A DNA stretch of 32,000 bases, taken from assembly GCF_008000775.2 (NCBI RefSeq), contig NZ_CP042905.2, forward strand, positions 1,230,001 to 1,262,000, in the 5' to 3' direction. The notes beneath the pieces were generated by a model, which saw nothing but the letters and a program-made list of their open reading frames with translations, was not told the DNA's origin and did not search any database. Both the position numbers and the translations under genes were made by a program. This stretch comes from Promethearchaeum syntrophicum. GTDB taxonomy: Archaea; Asgardarchaeota; Lokiarchaeia; Sigyniarchaeales; Promethearchaeaceae. Positions 17,985 through 27,191 of the stretch are shown here, piece after piece (within the stretch, counting starts at the first letter, position 1; every line of letters begins with the position of its first letter).

Positions 17985-19481
17985 TTACAAACGTTCTTCT
18001 CGTTTTTTAGCATGCATTAAATCCAGTTTAACCTTCATTTCTGTAATTTTTTTTCCATTTAGAGGATACCAAATCCAAGCAATGGCCCCAATTAGTGCCA
18101 ATACTGCGGGAAGTAAGAATACACCAGTCGCAACTCCAATTATTGCATTTCCTGTTCCTTGGGATGCATATGTTGGTTCTGCTATGGGATTGTCAGGTTC
18201 TGTAGGTATAAGACCGTAGATTGCTAAAAATAACGGAAGAAGAGAAAACACTACTGATTCCATCACTTTACCAAACAAACACGCCACACCGGCATAAACT
18301 GCTTCCCTTCGTTCACCTGTTTTAAGTTCATCGTAATCTATCGTATCTGCTCGCATAACTTGATGGAAGATAAAATCACCAGTAAATCCAAGGAATAAAA
18401 TGGATAAACCCACAGAAACCCAGATAAGATTGCTTGGTGCTAGCCATATCGCTCCATCGGAGAGATTCTTGCTAGTAATGATCGCAATGTACGCAATAAA
18501 TCCTCCAATAGCTTCGGTCCAAAGAGAATAACTTAATGCGGCTTTCACAGACAAACGTTTACCGATTTGAATTTGGATCGGAATCCCAATAAAAGCAAAA
18601 ACAGCAGGAATGAGAAAATATATCATATAATCTTCACCGGTTGTATTTAGATCAAAGCCTCCGAATACCCATGATAACATGAAAAACAAACCACTGATGA
18701 GAGCATTTAACACTCCAACACTTATTCCATCATAAATCATATAAAATATACCAGATTTATTTGTGAAAACATGCTTTATTCCAGTCCAAAAAGGTGTGGA
18801 TTCCTTTGGAATTAATTCTTTCTTTTCTTTCACGACTTTTGCAATCCAAAACCATGGGAAAATGGAGATAATTGCAAATACAGCAACACATATCTGAAAT
18901 GTTCGGATTGATTCTTCAGTTGGATCGGTAAGGAAAATTAACGGAAATGCCATGGAAATTCCCCATCCTAACAAGCTAAAGACGGAAGAAATTCCATTTA
19001 ATTGCACTCGTTCTTTCTGATCGAATGTCATCTGAGGTGCTAAGGCAGTGTATCCAATATACATGATCGTATAAAACGTGTCATAAATCCATTGAGAAAC
19101 TAAATACCATGTCAGAAGAGCAATTTGATAGGCTTCACCCGATGTTTGATATCGCCATGTTTGAGGAGGGAAAAACAAAAATATAAACCCGATTGAAAAG
19201 GGAATTGCACTCCGTTTCATCCATGGTATTAATCTTCCCTGTTTTGAGCGGGTTTTGTCCATTGCATAACCAAAGATTGGATCGTTAGCTACATTCCAGA
19301 TCATGTATAAAACTTGCCCAAGGACAATATATGGTGCTGAAAGACCCATCCAACCGTAATAAAAAACAGTAAGTGCTCCGGTGAAGGATGAGAAAAACCC
19401 TGCAGGGAGATTTCCAGCAGAATATGCCAATTTTTGATTCCATGTTAATTTAACATGTTCACCATCAGTATTTATTGCCAT
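17985..19481 (-). CDS. GPH-family (glycoside-pentoside-hexuronide:cation symporter-like) MFS transporter, paralogue 1
   Basis: 498 aa with about 12 TM helices. The family signature after TM2 is NVANDPIFGYAMDKTRSKQGRLIPW. Confidence 0.8.
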   Translation of the reverse strand: MAINTDGEHVKLTWNQKLAYSAGNLPAGFFSSFTGALTVFYYGWMGLSAPYIVLGQVLYMIWNVANDPIFGYAMDKTRSKQGRLIPWMKRSAIPFSIGFIFLFFPPQTWRYQTSGEAYQIALLTWYLVSQWIYDTFYTIMYIGYTALAPQMTFDQKERVQLNGISSVFSLLGWGISMAFPLIFLTDPTEESIRTFQICVAVFAIISIFPWFWIAKVVKEKKELIPKESTPFWTGIKHVFTNKSGIFYMIYDGISVGVLNALISGLFFMLSWVFGGFDLNTTGEDYMIYFLIPAVFAFIGIPIQIQIGKRLSVKAALSYSLWTEAIGGFIAYIAIITSKNLSDGAIWLAPSNLIWVSVGLSILFLGFTGDFIFHQVMRADTIDYDELKTGERREAVYAGVACLFGKVMESVVFSLLPLFLAIYGLIPTEPDNPIAEPTYASQGTGNAIIGVATGVFLLPAVLALIGAIAWIWYPLNGKKITEMKVKLDLMHAKKREERL

Positions 19482-19670
19482 ATTTGTACTTATCTTTTTT
19501 TCTTTATTAGTTTTCTATTGTTTTCATATTTTTAATTCCCACGTTTTTGGAGAATACTCACATTTTGGCTTTATTTCTTTCTTTTCATAATTTGATGTTG
19601 AATCACATATCTTTAAAGTATCTACAATATTGAAAAATGATTTAAATGGTTTACATGATATTTGCTATTT

Positions 19671-20063
19671 ATGGCTAATTTAAACTCTGTTGAAGACTGG
19701 AAAAAAAACCGAGAGGATGTCAATGTTGGAATCATGAATAAAGGAAATCGCAATATTAAGCGTTTTTTTAATCTTGATACCGCCGCTTACATAGATGGGG
19801 CTCTTCCCGCAAAAACTAAAGAATTACTTGGTTTATCTGCATCAATGGTGTTGCGGTGTGATGATTGCATTACGTATCATATAATACAAGCAGTACTGGC
19901 GGGGGCGACTGACGAAGAATTATATGAAACATTTAATGTAGCTTTAATCGTTGGAGGATCGATTGTGATTCCACATCTACGACGTGCAGCGTCTCGCTTA
20001 GAAGAATGTAGAGAATTGGAGAAAAAAGATCCAAAACTTCTCTCATTGGAGAAGTCTGATTAA
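19671..20063 (+). CDS. Carboxymuconolactone decarboxylase/AhpD-like CxxC protein
   Basis: Contains LPAKTKELLGLSASMVLRCDDCITYH, the AhpD-type CxxC motif. The start was moved to the ATG at 19671 (the track uses a TTG at 19662). Confidence 0.7.
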   Translation: MANLNSVEDWKKNREDVNVGIMNKGNRNIKRFFNLDTAAYIDGALPAKTKELLGLSASMVLRCDDCITYHIIQAVLAGATDEELYETFNVALIVGGSIVIPHLRRAASRLEECRELEKKDPKLLSLEKSD

Positions 20064-20875
20064 TCAGATCTGGACAAAATTTCAATTTTCCATTTTTTTG
20101 GAGAAAATTTACGTTTTGGTTTTGTTCCCATTTGTTCATAAATCGGTTTAATCCAATAATTTTCAATATGCATGTTTGGAAAGAGTTTTCTTTTTATTCT
20201 CACATATGCTTCCCACATTAGAAACCGATGAAATGGGACATATCTTCCTAATGGTCTACATTTTCCTTTTTTGAGCGCTGCTACTAAATCATCTGGATCT
20301 TTACTATTAATTTCAACTTGGGTATATGCAAATCCAAATTGACTGACATGATGTGCATCGCTCCCCGCAATTTTTCCTTTTTGATAATCATTGAATTGTT
20401 CCCATGTGATCTTATTTAGACCATAGTTTGATCCGTTCAACCATTCGACACCATCTACATCCAAACGATCCACTATTGCCCGAGTCCAATAACCTTGCCA
20501 TGGATTTATTCCAGGGTGAGAAACAAAAATCGCGCAATCTTGAGCCCGTAATCGTTCAATAACTACTTCCGGATCCCAGCAATCCTTAGCAAGATTCCAT
20601 TCTTGAACTCCGTATGCTAATAAATGGTTAAAACCTGTAGAAACCTCCATAGCAGGAATTACAGGCAAATTGTATTCTTTTGCAATTTTCTTTATTCTAT
20701 GAATTCCCCGTATAGTATCATGGGCCATAGCATTTACCCAATTAAATCGTCGTTTAATTGTATATCGAATTAAATCCTTTGGGTTTATTCGACCATCATG
20801 AAAATCAAAATATGTATGAATATGAGCATCAAAGATTGCTCCAAATTTATCTACTGCGTATATTTTATTATTCAA
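20060..20875 (-). CDS. PHP-family metal-dependent phosphoesterase
   Basis: The N-terminus is FDAHIHTYFDFHDGRINP (H-x-H motif), followed by AMAHDT, SHPG and SDAHH histidine clusters typical of PHP domains. Confidence 0.65.
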   Translation of the reverse strand: MNNKIYAVDKFGAIFDAHIHTYFDFHDGRINPKDLIRYTIKRRFNWVNAMAHDTIRGIHRIKKIAKEYNLPVIPAMEVSTGFNHLLAYGVQEWNLAKDCWDPEVVIERLRAQDCAIFVSHPGINPWQGYWTRAIVDRLDVDGVEWLNGSNYGLNKITWEQFNDYQKGKIAGSDAHHVSQFGFAYTQVEINSKDPDDLVAALKKGKCRPLGRYVPFHRFLMWEAYVRIKRKLFPNMHIENYWIKPIYEQMGTKPKRKFSPKKWKIEILSRSD

Positions 20876-21026
20876 ATTATCACCATTGCCGGGACACCAT
20901 TAAATTATGACCAGAATTTATTAATAATTTCTAATTTTCTGCTTTTATTTAGATTTATGAATAAATAAATTGAATGATCAAATCCTTTTATTGAATAATT
21001 CCTTAATTTTTTAATTGGAAAAGAAA

Positions 21027-21785
21027 ATGTCAAAACAAAAATCTTCCCTTGAACACAGAATTAATACCGCTGCTAAATGGATTGCCCAATCTAAATATTT
21101 GGTTTTCTTTACAGGAGCTGGTATTAGTACAGATTCCGGGATTCCAGATTATAGAGGACCTAATGGAGTTTGGACTAGAAGGGATAAAGGATTACCACCT
21201 CCTAGAATGGAAAAAAAAATTTCTCAAATGGAACCTAATGATGGGCATAGAATTATAAAAGAATTACAAGATATGGGATTATTGAAATTTTTAATATCTC
21301 AGAATATCGATAATCTTCATTTAAAATCGGGTATTCATATGAAAAATATAGCTGAATTACATGGCAATAGAATGTTAATGCGATGCTTAAATTGTCATAA
21401 ACAATTTCCTAAGAAAGGATTCTGGAATGTAGATAAGTGGGGAGATCCTTCCCGAAAATCACCCGTCCATCCAAATCAACCAAAATGTCCTGAATGTAAT
21501 GGTAGAATTATTAATTCGGTCGTAAATTTCGGAGATCCAATGCCAAGAAATGAATTAGAAACAAGTTTTTATCATTCAAGTCTTTCTGATGTATTTGTGG
21601 TAGTTGGATCTTCACTTGTGGTCACCCCCGCAGCCTTACTACCAAAAGAAGCAACAAATCATGGTTCAAAATTAATTATCATAAATCAAATGGAAACCCC
21701 TTATGATAATATAACAGATTTGCGGTTCTTTGAAAATGCAAGTGAAATTTTGAAGGAAATCTTAAAAAAAATTAAAAAATTTTGA
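21027..21785 (+). CDS. sir2: NAD-dependent protein deacylase, Sir2 family
   Basis: Motifs: GAGISTDSGIPDYRG, QNIDNLH and ELHGN. The zinc ribbon is CLNCHK...CPECNG, followed by VVGSSLVVTPAA. The start was moved to the ATG at 21027. Confidence 0.9.
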   Translation: MSKQKSSLEHRINTAAKWIAQSKYLVFFTGAGISTDSGIPDYRGPNGVWTRRDKGLPPPRMEKKISQMEPNDGHRIIKELQDMGLLKFLISQNIDNLHLKSGIHMKNIAELHGNRMLMRCLNCHKQFPKKGFWNVDKWGDPSRKSPVHPNQPKCPECNGRIINSVVNFGDPMPRNELETSFYHSSLSDVFVVVGSSLVVTPAALLPKEATNHGSKLIIINQMETPYDNITDLRFFENASEILKEILKKIKKF

Positions 21786-21849
21786 GACAGAATAACTTTT
21801 ATTTCAAAGTGAAAACATTTTTTTATTCTTAAGCTGAGAAAAAAATACT

Positions 21850-23241
21850 ATGGAAGAAAAAAAACCTTCTACCTTTTCTATTCGGTTTAAAATGCTTTGG
21901 GGAATTGGAAGTCTTGGAACCAATATTATTTCGAATAGCTACGCTGCTTTATTAATAATCTTCTTTCAAGATTATTTGGGATTATCGTCTGAATTAATGG
22001 CGCTTTCTGCTTTGATATATGCAATATGGAACGCTTTTAATGATCCTCTATTCGGTTTTTTATCGGATAGTTCAAAATCAAAGAAAGGCAGAAGGATACC
22101 CTTTATGAAATTTTCTGCTCCATTTCTAGGATTGTTTTTTATAGGGATTTGGCTAGTTCCTACAACTTGGAGCCCAAATGCGTTATTCTGGTGGATGCTT
22201 GCTGGAATGTTTCTTTATGATACTGCGTATACCATTATTGGCTTAGTATATTCCGCGTTATTGCCCGAATTAACAGAAAGTGATTCAGAAAGGGGCTCTC
22301 TACAAACATATTCTTCAATATTTGCTTTACTTGGGAGCATTATTGGTTTTCTGGTTCCCGATTTTCTCCGTCCTGGAGTAGGAGAAACAAATTTACTTCC
22401 ACTATATCTTGGAGTCGGCGCCATTGGTATTGCAGGTACTGCATTTATTTTGATTACAAGTTTTTCAGTGAAAGAACGTCCTGAATTTACCCAAGTAGAT
22501 GAGCCTTTAGGACTAGTAGATTCTATCAGATTTACCTTCAAGAGTAAATCTTTCATTGTGCTTGTGGCGGCTAATTTTATGTCGATTTTAATGCAATCAC
22601 TTGTTTTAGGTTCGATGTTTTACTTGTCTGATTATGTTCTTAAAATAAGTTCATCTATGATGTTATTAATCCCATTTTTTGTGGGAATTATAATAGGAAC
22701 TCTGATTGCAAATTTAATTGCTAAAAAAATCGGAGTTGTAAGAGCACAACAGTTACTACTCCTAATTGCTGGAATTTTTCTATGTTCAATCTTCTTTATT
22801 CCAAATCAGATGATATATGTGGCTATGTTTATTGCAGGTTTTGGATTATCGGGACCACTAGTATTAACAAACATAATGTTCGCGCAAGTTGCTGATGAAG
22901 ATGAAATTCGCTCTGGTGTTCGGCGTGAAGCTATGTTCTTTGGAACAAATGCTTTAATAACCAAACCAGCTCAATCAATAGCAATTGCAATTGTTCCATG
23001 GATTTTAGGACTAACTAGTTTTATTTCCAGGGCAGAAAACGGCGGTGAAATATTTCTTAATCAAGGAGAGGATGCGTTAAGGGGAATTAAAATTTTCACG
23101 GGTTTGATTCCTGGAATTGCAATGTTATTAGGGGCTTTGATACTCTTTGCATATCCTTTGCATGGGGATTATCTCCAAGAAGTTCAAGATAAAGTATTGG
23201 AAATGCATGCTGAAAAGAAAAATAAACTTAAATCAACATAA
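21850..23241 (+). CDS. GPH-family MFS transporter, paralogue 2
   Basis: 463 aa with about 12 TM helices. The signature is NAFNDPLFGFLSDSSKSKKGRRIPF. Confidence 0.8.
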   Translation: MEEKKPSTFSIRFKMLWGIGSLGTNIISNSYAALLIIFFQDYLGLSSELMALSALIYAIWNAFNDPLFGFLSDSSKSKKGRRIPFMKFSAPFLGLFFIGIWLVPTTWSPNALFWWMLAGMFLYDTAYTIIGLVYSALLPELTESDSERGSLQTYSSIFALLGSIIGFLVPDFLRPGVGETNLLPLYLGVGAIGIAGTAFILITSFSVKERPEFTQVDEPLGLVDSIRFTFKSKSFIVLVAANFMSILMQSLVLGSMFYLSDYVLKISSSMMLLIPFFVGIIIGTLIANLIAKKIGVVRAQQLLLLIAGIFLCSIFFIPNQMIYVAMFIAGFGLSGPLVLTNIMFAQVADEDEIRSGVRREAMFFGTNALITKPAQSIAIAIVPWILGLTSFISRAENGGEIFLNQGEDALRGIKIFTGLIPGIAMLLGALILFAYPLHGDYLQEVQDKVLEMHAEKKNKLKST

Positions 23242-23294
23242 CAGCGATGGTTCTCCTATGGAGAAGATGACCACTGACTGATGGAAATTTAGTC

Positions 23295-23308
23295 TTTTTT
23301 TCACTTTT
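23295..23308 (+). terminator. Oligo-T tract, candidate archaeal intrinsic terminator
   Basis: TTTTTTTCACTTTT begins about 54 nt after the transporter stop codon. Archaeal RNA polymerase terminates at T-runs. Confidence 0.3.
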
Positions 23309-23819
23309 ACTTTGAAAGCTGATTATGAACAACTGATTTAAAGATATATCCCTTGTTTCGGAGCAGACCCCTTCACTTCGGGGTAGTTATGGGATTTAAT
23401 ATATAGAGGGGGATTATTAAGATAATATGATGGTATTGGTGTATTTATGGACAAATTGGAGATTATTTGAGTGAATAAAATTCAGGAAAATTCACTATCC
23501 TTAGTGAAAAATGATTTTTGGCTTAGAACCACCAACTTTTAACTACTTCTGGCTAAAGTTTTTTTTCCACAATTTCGAGCTAATTATCAATAATTAAGAT
23601 TAGGCAACAATAATTAAAATAAAATCACCTCATATATCGGAAAAGATAAAATTTATTCGCTAATTGATCAAATTGTGAATAATAAAGAAATCCAAGAGAT
23701 TAAGAGTAAGATTTTGAAGGAATAAAACAACAATTCTTTTTTGAAATTTGATAAATAATTTTTCAGTAATTGTACAAAAAGGAACCTTTTTAAAGATCAA
23801 GATTAAAATTATTATTGAA

Positions 23820-24575
23820 ATGACAACAATAAGAACAAGAACATATACATACAGATGTAATTGTGGACAATCTGGAAAAATATCCAAATCTAATCGAAAT
23901 TTTGGGAGCCTTGACCTAGAACCATCTGATATTCCAAGATGCATTAATTGTAAAGCAGTTGTCTGCAGTAGTTGCTTAGGGGGGAAATCCGGATTATGCA
24001 AACGTTGTTTTGCACAAATCCCTCCCCAATTAAAAGAGTCTTTAGAGAGAATTCAGATCCTTAGCACAATTATTCCATGTTTTTCTTCATTTCTTATTTT
24101 TTTAATTGCTACACTTATACTACCTCAGGCTTTCGGTTTTTTTATAATTGGTGGTATATTCTTAACCGGGATACTTTTATCTGCAAGTGATTCGAATGCA
24201 AAATCAAAAAGACAAAAGAAAATCGAAGCATATTTTTTAAATCAGCGATCCAGATTTAAATCCGGTTTTGTAAATTCTAATGCATACAATGTATCAGGAA
24301 AAAGAATTGAAAATCCAAGGGATTTTATGAATGCATTAAGTGGTGAGGGCTTTTCAATAAACTTAGGTCCAGTTAAACAACAAATGAAACCTCAATTGAG
24401 AGAATCGATACTTAAAATAAGTAGAGAACAAAAGAATAAATCTATGACGATATACGAAATCGCAAAACAGTCTGGAGTGATATTTCCCGATGTCATACGG
24501 AGTACATTACATAAAATGATAAATAATAATAACATTAAAGCAGATTTCGATGAGATTAATATAACATTTCATTAA
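23820..24575 (+). CDS. Membrane protein with an N-terminal multi-Cys zinc ribbon, two TM helices and a C-terminal winged-helix-like domain
   Basis: The start was moved to the ATG at 23820: MTTIRTRTYTYRCNCGQSG...CINCKAVVCSSCLGGKSGLCKRC (eight Cys). Two hydrophobic helices follow (ILSTIIPCFSSFLIFLIATLIL and FGFFIIGGIFLTGILLSA). The C-terminus is MTIYEIAKQSGVIFPDVIRSTLHKMINNN, which is HTH-like. Confidence 0.6.
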   Translation: MTTIRTRTYTYRCNCGQSGKISKSNRNFGSLDLEPSDIPRCINCKAVVCSSCLGGKSGLCKRCFAQIPPQLKESLERIQILSTIIPCFSSFLIFLIATLILPQAFGFFIIGGIFLTGILLSASDSNAKSKRQKKIEAYFLNQRSRFKSGFVNSNAYNVSGKRIENPRDFMNALSGEGFSINLGPVKQQMKPQLRESILKISREQKNKSMTIYEIAKQSGVIFPDVIRSTLHKMINNNNIKADFDEINITFH

Positions 24576-24628
24576 TGTTGAGAATTCTACTTAAATATTT
24601 AAAAAAAATCATAATTCTCTAATTGTGT

Positions 24629-25282
24629 TTATGTGTTTAGAATGATTATAGCTACTACAATCGCCACAACTAGTACAACACAAGTAGCCACGCAGTATAT
24701 AGTAATTAATGCTTGTTGGCTCTTAGGAGTATATGGGGTTACACTTTCTGCTTGAATACCTATAGGAATTTGTGTATTCTCGGCTAAGAATTTATTCAAA
24801 TTTTGGGCAAATTCTGTAGAATTCTCATTATCCAAAAAATTGGTCAGATGTTTTGGTCTTCTAGATTGAAAACATAAAGAAAGAAGTTGGTTTTGCGTGA
24901 CTCCATGCATAGAACCTTTTTTATTCGCATAGACATTATGGACTTCAAATCCTTTTATATCATTGAGTGGATAAGATTTAGTAAAAGTAAAATAATTTCC
25001 CCATTGGGATTCAAGAATTAATGCTCCATTTTGTTCATCAACTTTAAAAACTAAAGCCAAATCTCTTCTTAAAAAACCGAATACTACAGGTAAGATAACT
25101 ATCGATCCATTAAAAACATGTAATACAATATAACCATTGATACTAACAGGATCTGAAAAATCACCTTTCAGTATAGTTAGTACTATCATCATTATCCAAA
25201 CTAAACTCATTATCGCAGAAAATTGATATGAGCCTTTGGTGTTAGTCTGTTTAGGTAATATAAATTCTGGTTTCGATTCCAT
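24629..25282 (-). CDS. Membrane protein (2 N-terminal TM helices, a beta-rich soluble domain, 1 C-terminal TM helix); possibly a bacterial-PH-like fold
   Basis: 217 aa with clear hydrophobic segments. The middle domain has alternating beta-like strings ending in a helix (TEFAQNLNKFLAEN). The fold assignment is a guess. Confidence 0.5.
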   Translation of the reverse strand: MESKPEFILPKQTNTKGSYQFSAIMSLVWIMMIVLTILKGDFSDPVSINGYIVLHVFNGSIVILPVVFGFLRRDLALVFKVDEQNGALILESQWGNYFTFTKSYPLNDIKGFEVHNVYANKKGSMHGVTQNQLLSLCFQSRRPKHLTNFLDNENSTEFAQNLNKFLAENTQIPIGIQAESVTPYTPKSQQALITIYCVATCVVLVVAIVVAIIILNT

Positions 25283-25528
25283 GACAATTTTATAGATCTA
25301 CTTCCTAATAAATTAATCTCCGACAAATAATTGATTAAGAAAATAATAAGAGAATTTGTACCATAAACATTCGATTTTAATATGCGTTTCGAACGTAAAT
25401 ATTTAAATGTTTTATTTTCATATATTATCGTATAGTTTTAATATGTTATACAAATACTTTGTCACAAGAATATAATTAATAAATATAGGAAAATTGAAAG
25501 TTACCTTTCAAAATTCAAAATCAATACC

Positions 25529-25537
25529 TATATAAAA
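25529..25537 (+). promoter_or_regulatory. Candidate TATA box for the GT2/PIG-L/BshC-like operon
   Basis: TATATAAAA is centred about 25 nt upstream of the ATG at 25558, which would imply a leaderless transcript. Confidence 0.3.
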
Positions 25538-25557
25538 GAAAAAATGATGAGAATCTT

Positions 25558-26541
25558 ATGGGAATAAGAAAAAATGAAAATATTAAGATATTATTATTTC
25601 TTCCCTGTTACAATGAAGCGGAAAATTGTGTTCGAGTACTAAATGAACTACACATACAAAAAACTATTCTTGAAAAAAATTTTTTAATCGATTTCGACAT
25701 TTTAATTATCAATGACGGCTCCACGGATGATACCGCTTTAATTCTCTCACGAAACCATCATATATTAGATTATTCCGTAATAAATTTGGTAGAAAATAAG
25801 GGATATGGATTTGCACTAAAAACTGGTTTTAAATTTGCTCAAGAAAATAACTATGATTGGGCTATTTCATTTGATATTGATGGTCAACATGAATCAAAAT
25901 TTATTTATGATTTTATTGAATTCATTATAAATGGCAATTCTAATTTTGATATTCTATCCGGTACTCGGTATAAAGACCCTCACCTATTTTGGCAAAATCC
26001 TTGGAAGGATAGATTTTTAGTAAATGCAGTTATAACTGGTGTTTTGAATAATTTTGGTTTTTCTTTAACAGATGCATTTTGTGGATTTAAAGCGTATAGG
26101 GTTGATAAGCTCGAATGCCTAAAAATTTCAATCGATGGTTATGAAATGGCAATTGAACTACTCATGGAAGCCAACAAAAATAATTTTCATATCGTTGAAA
26201 TTCCCGTCCCAGTTATTTATAAAGATCATGATACAATTCTCAAAAAACGCACCAATGAAAGTTTCCTCTTTACGGAAGGCGAAAAAAGAGTAGAAAAATA
26301 TCTCAAAATAATATCAAAATATGTAGGCCATCGCTTAATTCACGAGATCAAATATTTCCAAGGGATCTTCAGTACATTTTTTAATTCATATGAAGATATT
26401 TCAAAATTTAATTTTGAAGAAATAAAAGAGAAAATTATTGAGGAGATATCTACCTTACATCTTACAGAACTTACAAAAATTCAGTGCAATCATGATGACT
26501 CTAAAACTCGATGTACTTGCTGTGGGTGCACATCCCGATGA
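25558..26541 (+). CDS. Family 2 glycosyltransferase (GT-A fold, DPM1/GtrB-like) with a roughly 90-aa soluble C-terminal extension
   Basis: Motifs: LLFLPCYNEAEN, IINDGSTDDT, GYGFALKTG, and FDIDGQH (DxD-type). Confidence 0.8.
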   Translation: MGIRKNENIKILLFLPCYNEAENCVRVLNELHIQKTILEKNFLIDFDILIINDGSTDDTALILSRNHHILDYSVINLVENKGYGFALKTGFKFAQENNYDWAISFDIDGQHESKFIYDFIEFIINGNSNFDILSGTRYKDPHLFWQNPWKDRFLVNAVITGVLNNFGFSLTDAFCGFKAYRVDKLECLKISIDGYEMAIELLMEANKNNFHIVEIPVPVIYKDHDTILKKRTNESFLFTEGEKRVEKYLKIISKYVGHRLIHEIKYFQGIFSTFFNSYEDISKFNFEEIKEKIIEEISTLHLTELTKIQCNHDDSKTRCTCCGCTSR

Positions 26542-27184
26542 TATTGAAATTGGCTGTGGTGGAATATTAGCCCATTATAAGAAGATGGGAAAAACAACAG
26601 GAATTTTAGATCTTACGAATGGTATGCCCACCCCTTATGGAACCGTAGAACAACGTTTAGCGGAAGCTAAGAATGCAGCTGAGATTCTAAAAGTTGATGT
26701 AAGGGTCACTTTAAACATGGAAAATCGTTATCTTGAGAATTCTATTAAGAATCGGAAAGAGATCGGTGATATGTTTAGGAAATTTCGACCAAAAGTCATT
26801 CTCACACATCCAATTGAAGATTTTCATCCTGATCATGTTGCGTGTCATCACTTAGTAAATGCCGCAATATTTCAAGCTAAATTGACAAAAACTGAATCAA
26901 AATTTCCTGAATACTACCCGCCAAGAGTCCTCTATTTTGATCACTCACATATTAGAAAACAGCGTGAATTAGATTTTCTCGTTGACATCACCGATTCTTT
27001 AGAAGATAAAATTAGCGCTTTAGAAGCTTATCGGTCTCAATTTATTGAGAATAAGAAGAATTCAATTGTTTTTAGCTATGTTAGAGACAGAGCCAGTTAT
27101 TTAGGTCATCAAATAGGAGTAAAATATGCTGAAGGGTTAATGTGTCCGAATTATTTTCAAATTAATGACATAACAAAAATTTAG
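26492..27184 (+). CDS. PIG-L/LmbE-family N-acetylglucosaminyl deacetylase (BshB/MshB-like)
   Basis: MMTLKLDVLAVGAHPDDIEIGCGG (family motif A-H-P-D-D-x-E) plus DFHPDHVACHH (H-P-D-H). The start was placed at the ATG ATG at 26492, which overlaps the GT2 3' end by 50 nt. Confidence 0.85.
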   Translation: MMTLKLDVLAVGAHPDDIEIGCGGILAHYKKMGKTTGILDLTNGMPTPYGTVEQRLAEAKNAAEILKVDVRVTLNMENRYLENSIKNRKEIGDMFRKFRPKVILTHPIEDFHPDHVACHHLVNAAIFQAKLTKTESKFPEYYPPRVLYFDHSHIRKQRELDFLVDITDSLEDKISALEAYRSQFIENKKNSIVFSYVRDRASYLGHQIGVKYAEGLMCPNYFQINDITKI

Positions 27185-27191
27185 TACTGGT

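Noticed and set aside
20060-20063. Convergent AhpD-like and PHP genes share a TTAA in which both stop codons overlap.
   Set aside because: This is real according to the ORF coordinates. It is a trivial consequence of a palindromic TTAA in a compact AT-rich genome, with no functional implication that I can support.
21027-21785. The Sir2-domain protein as a possible NAD-depleting defence effector (Thoeris/DSR-like).
   Set aside because: It is a compact, canonical sirtuin of about 250 aa. It has the full catalytic set (GAGIS, QNIDxLH, HG), a four-Cys zinc ribbon, no extra sensor or effector domains, and no defence-type neighbours.
23255-23340. A possible C/D-box sRNA (AGATGA, CTGATGG and CTGA strings).
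   Set aside because: The box spacing does not fit the C - guide - D' - C' - guide - D layout. The first CTGA follows the C-like box after only 6 nt, there is no proper RUGAUGA, and there is no terminal stem.
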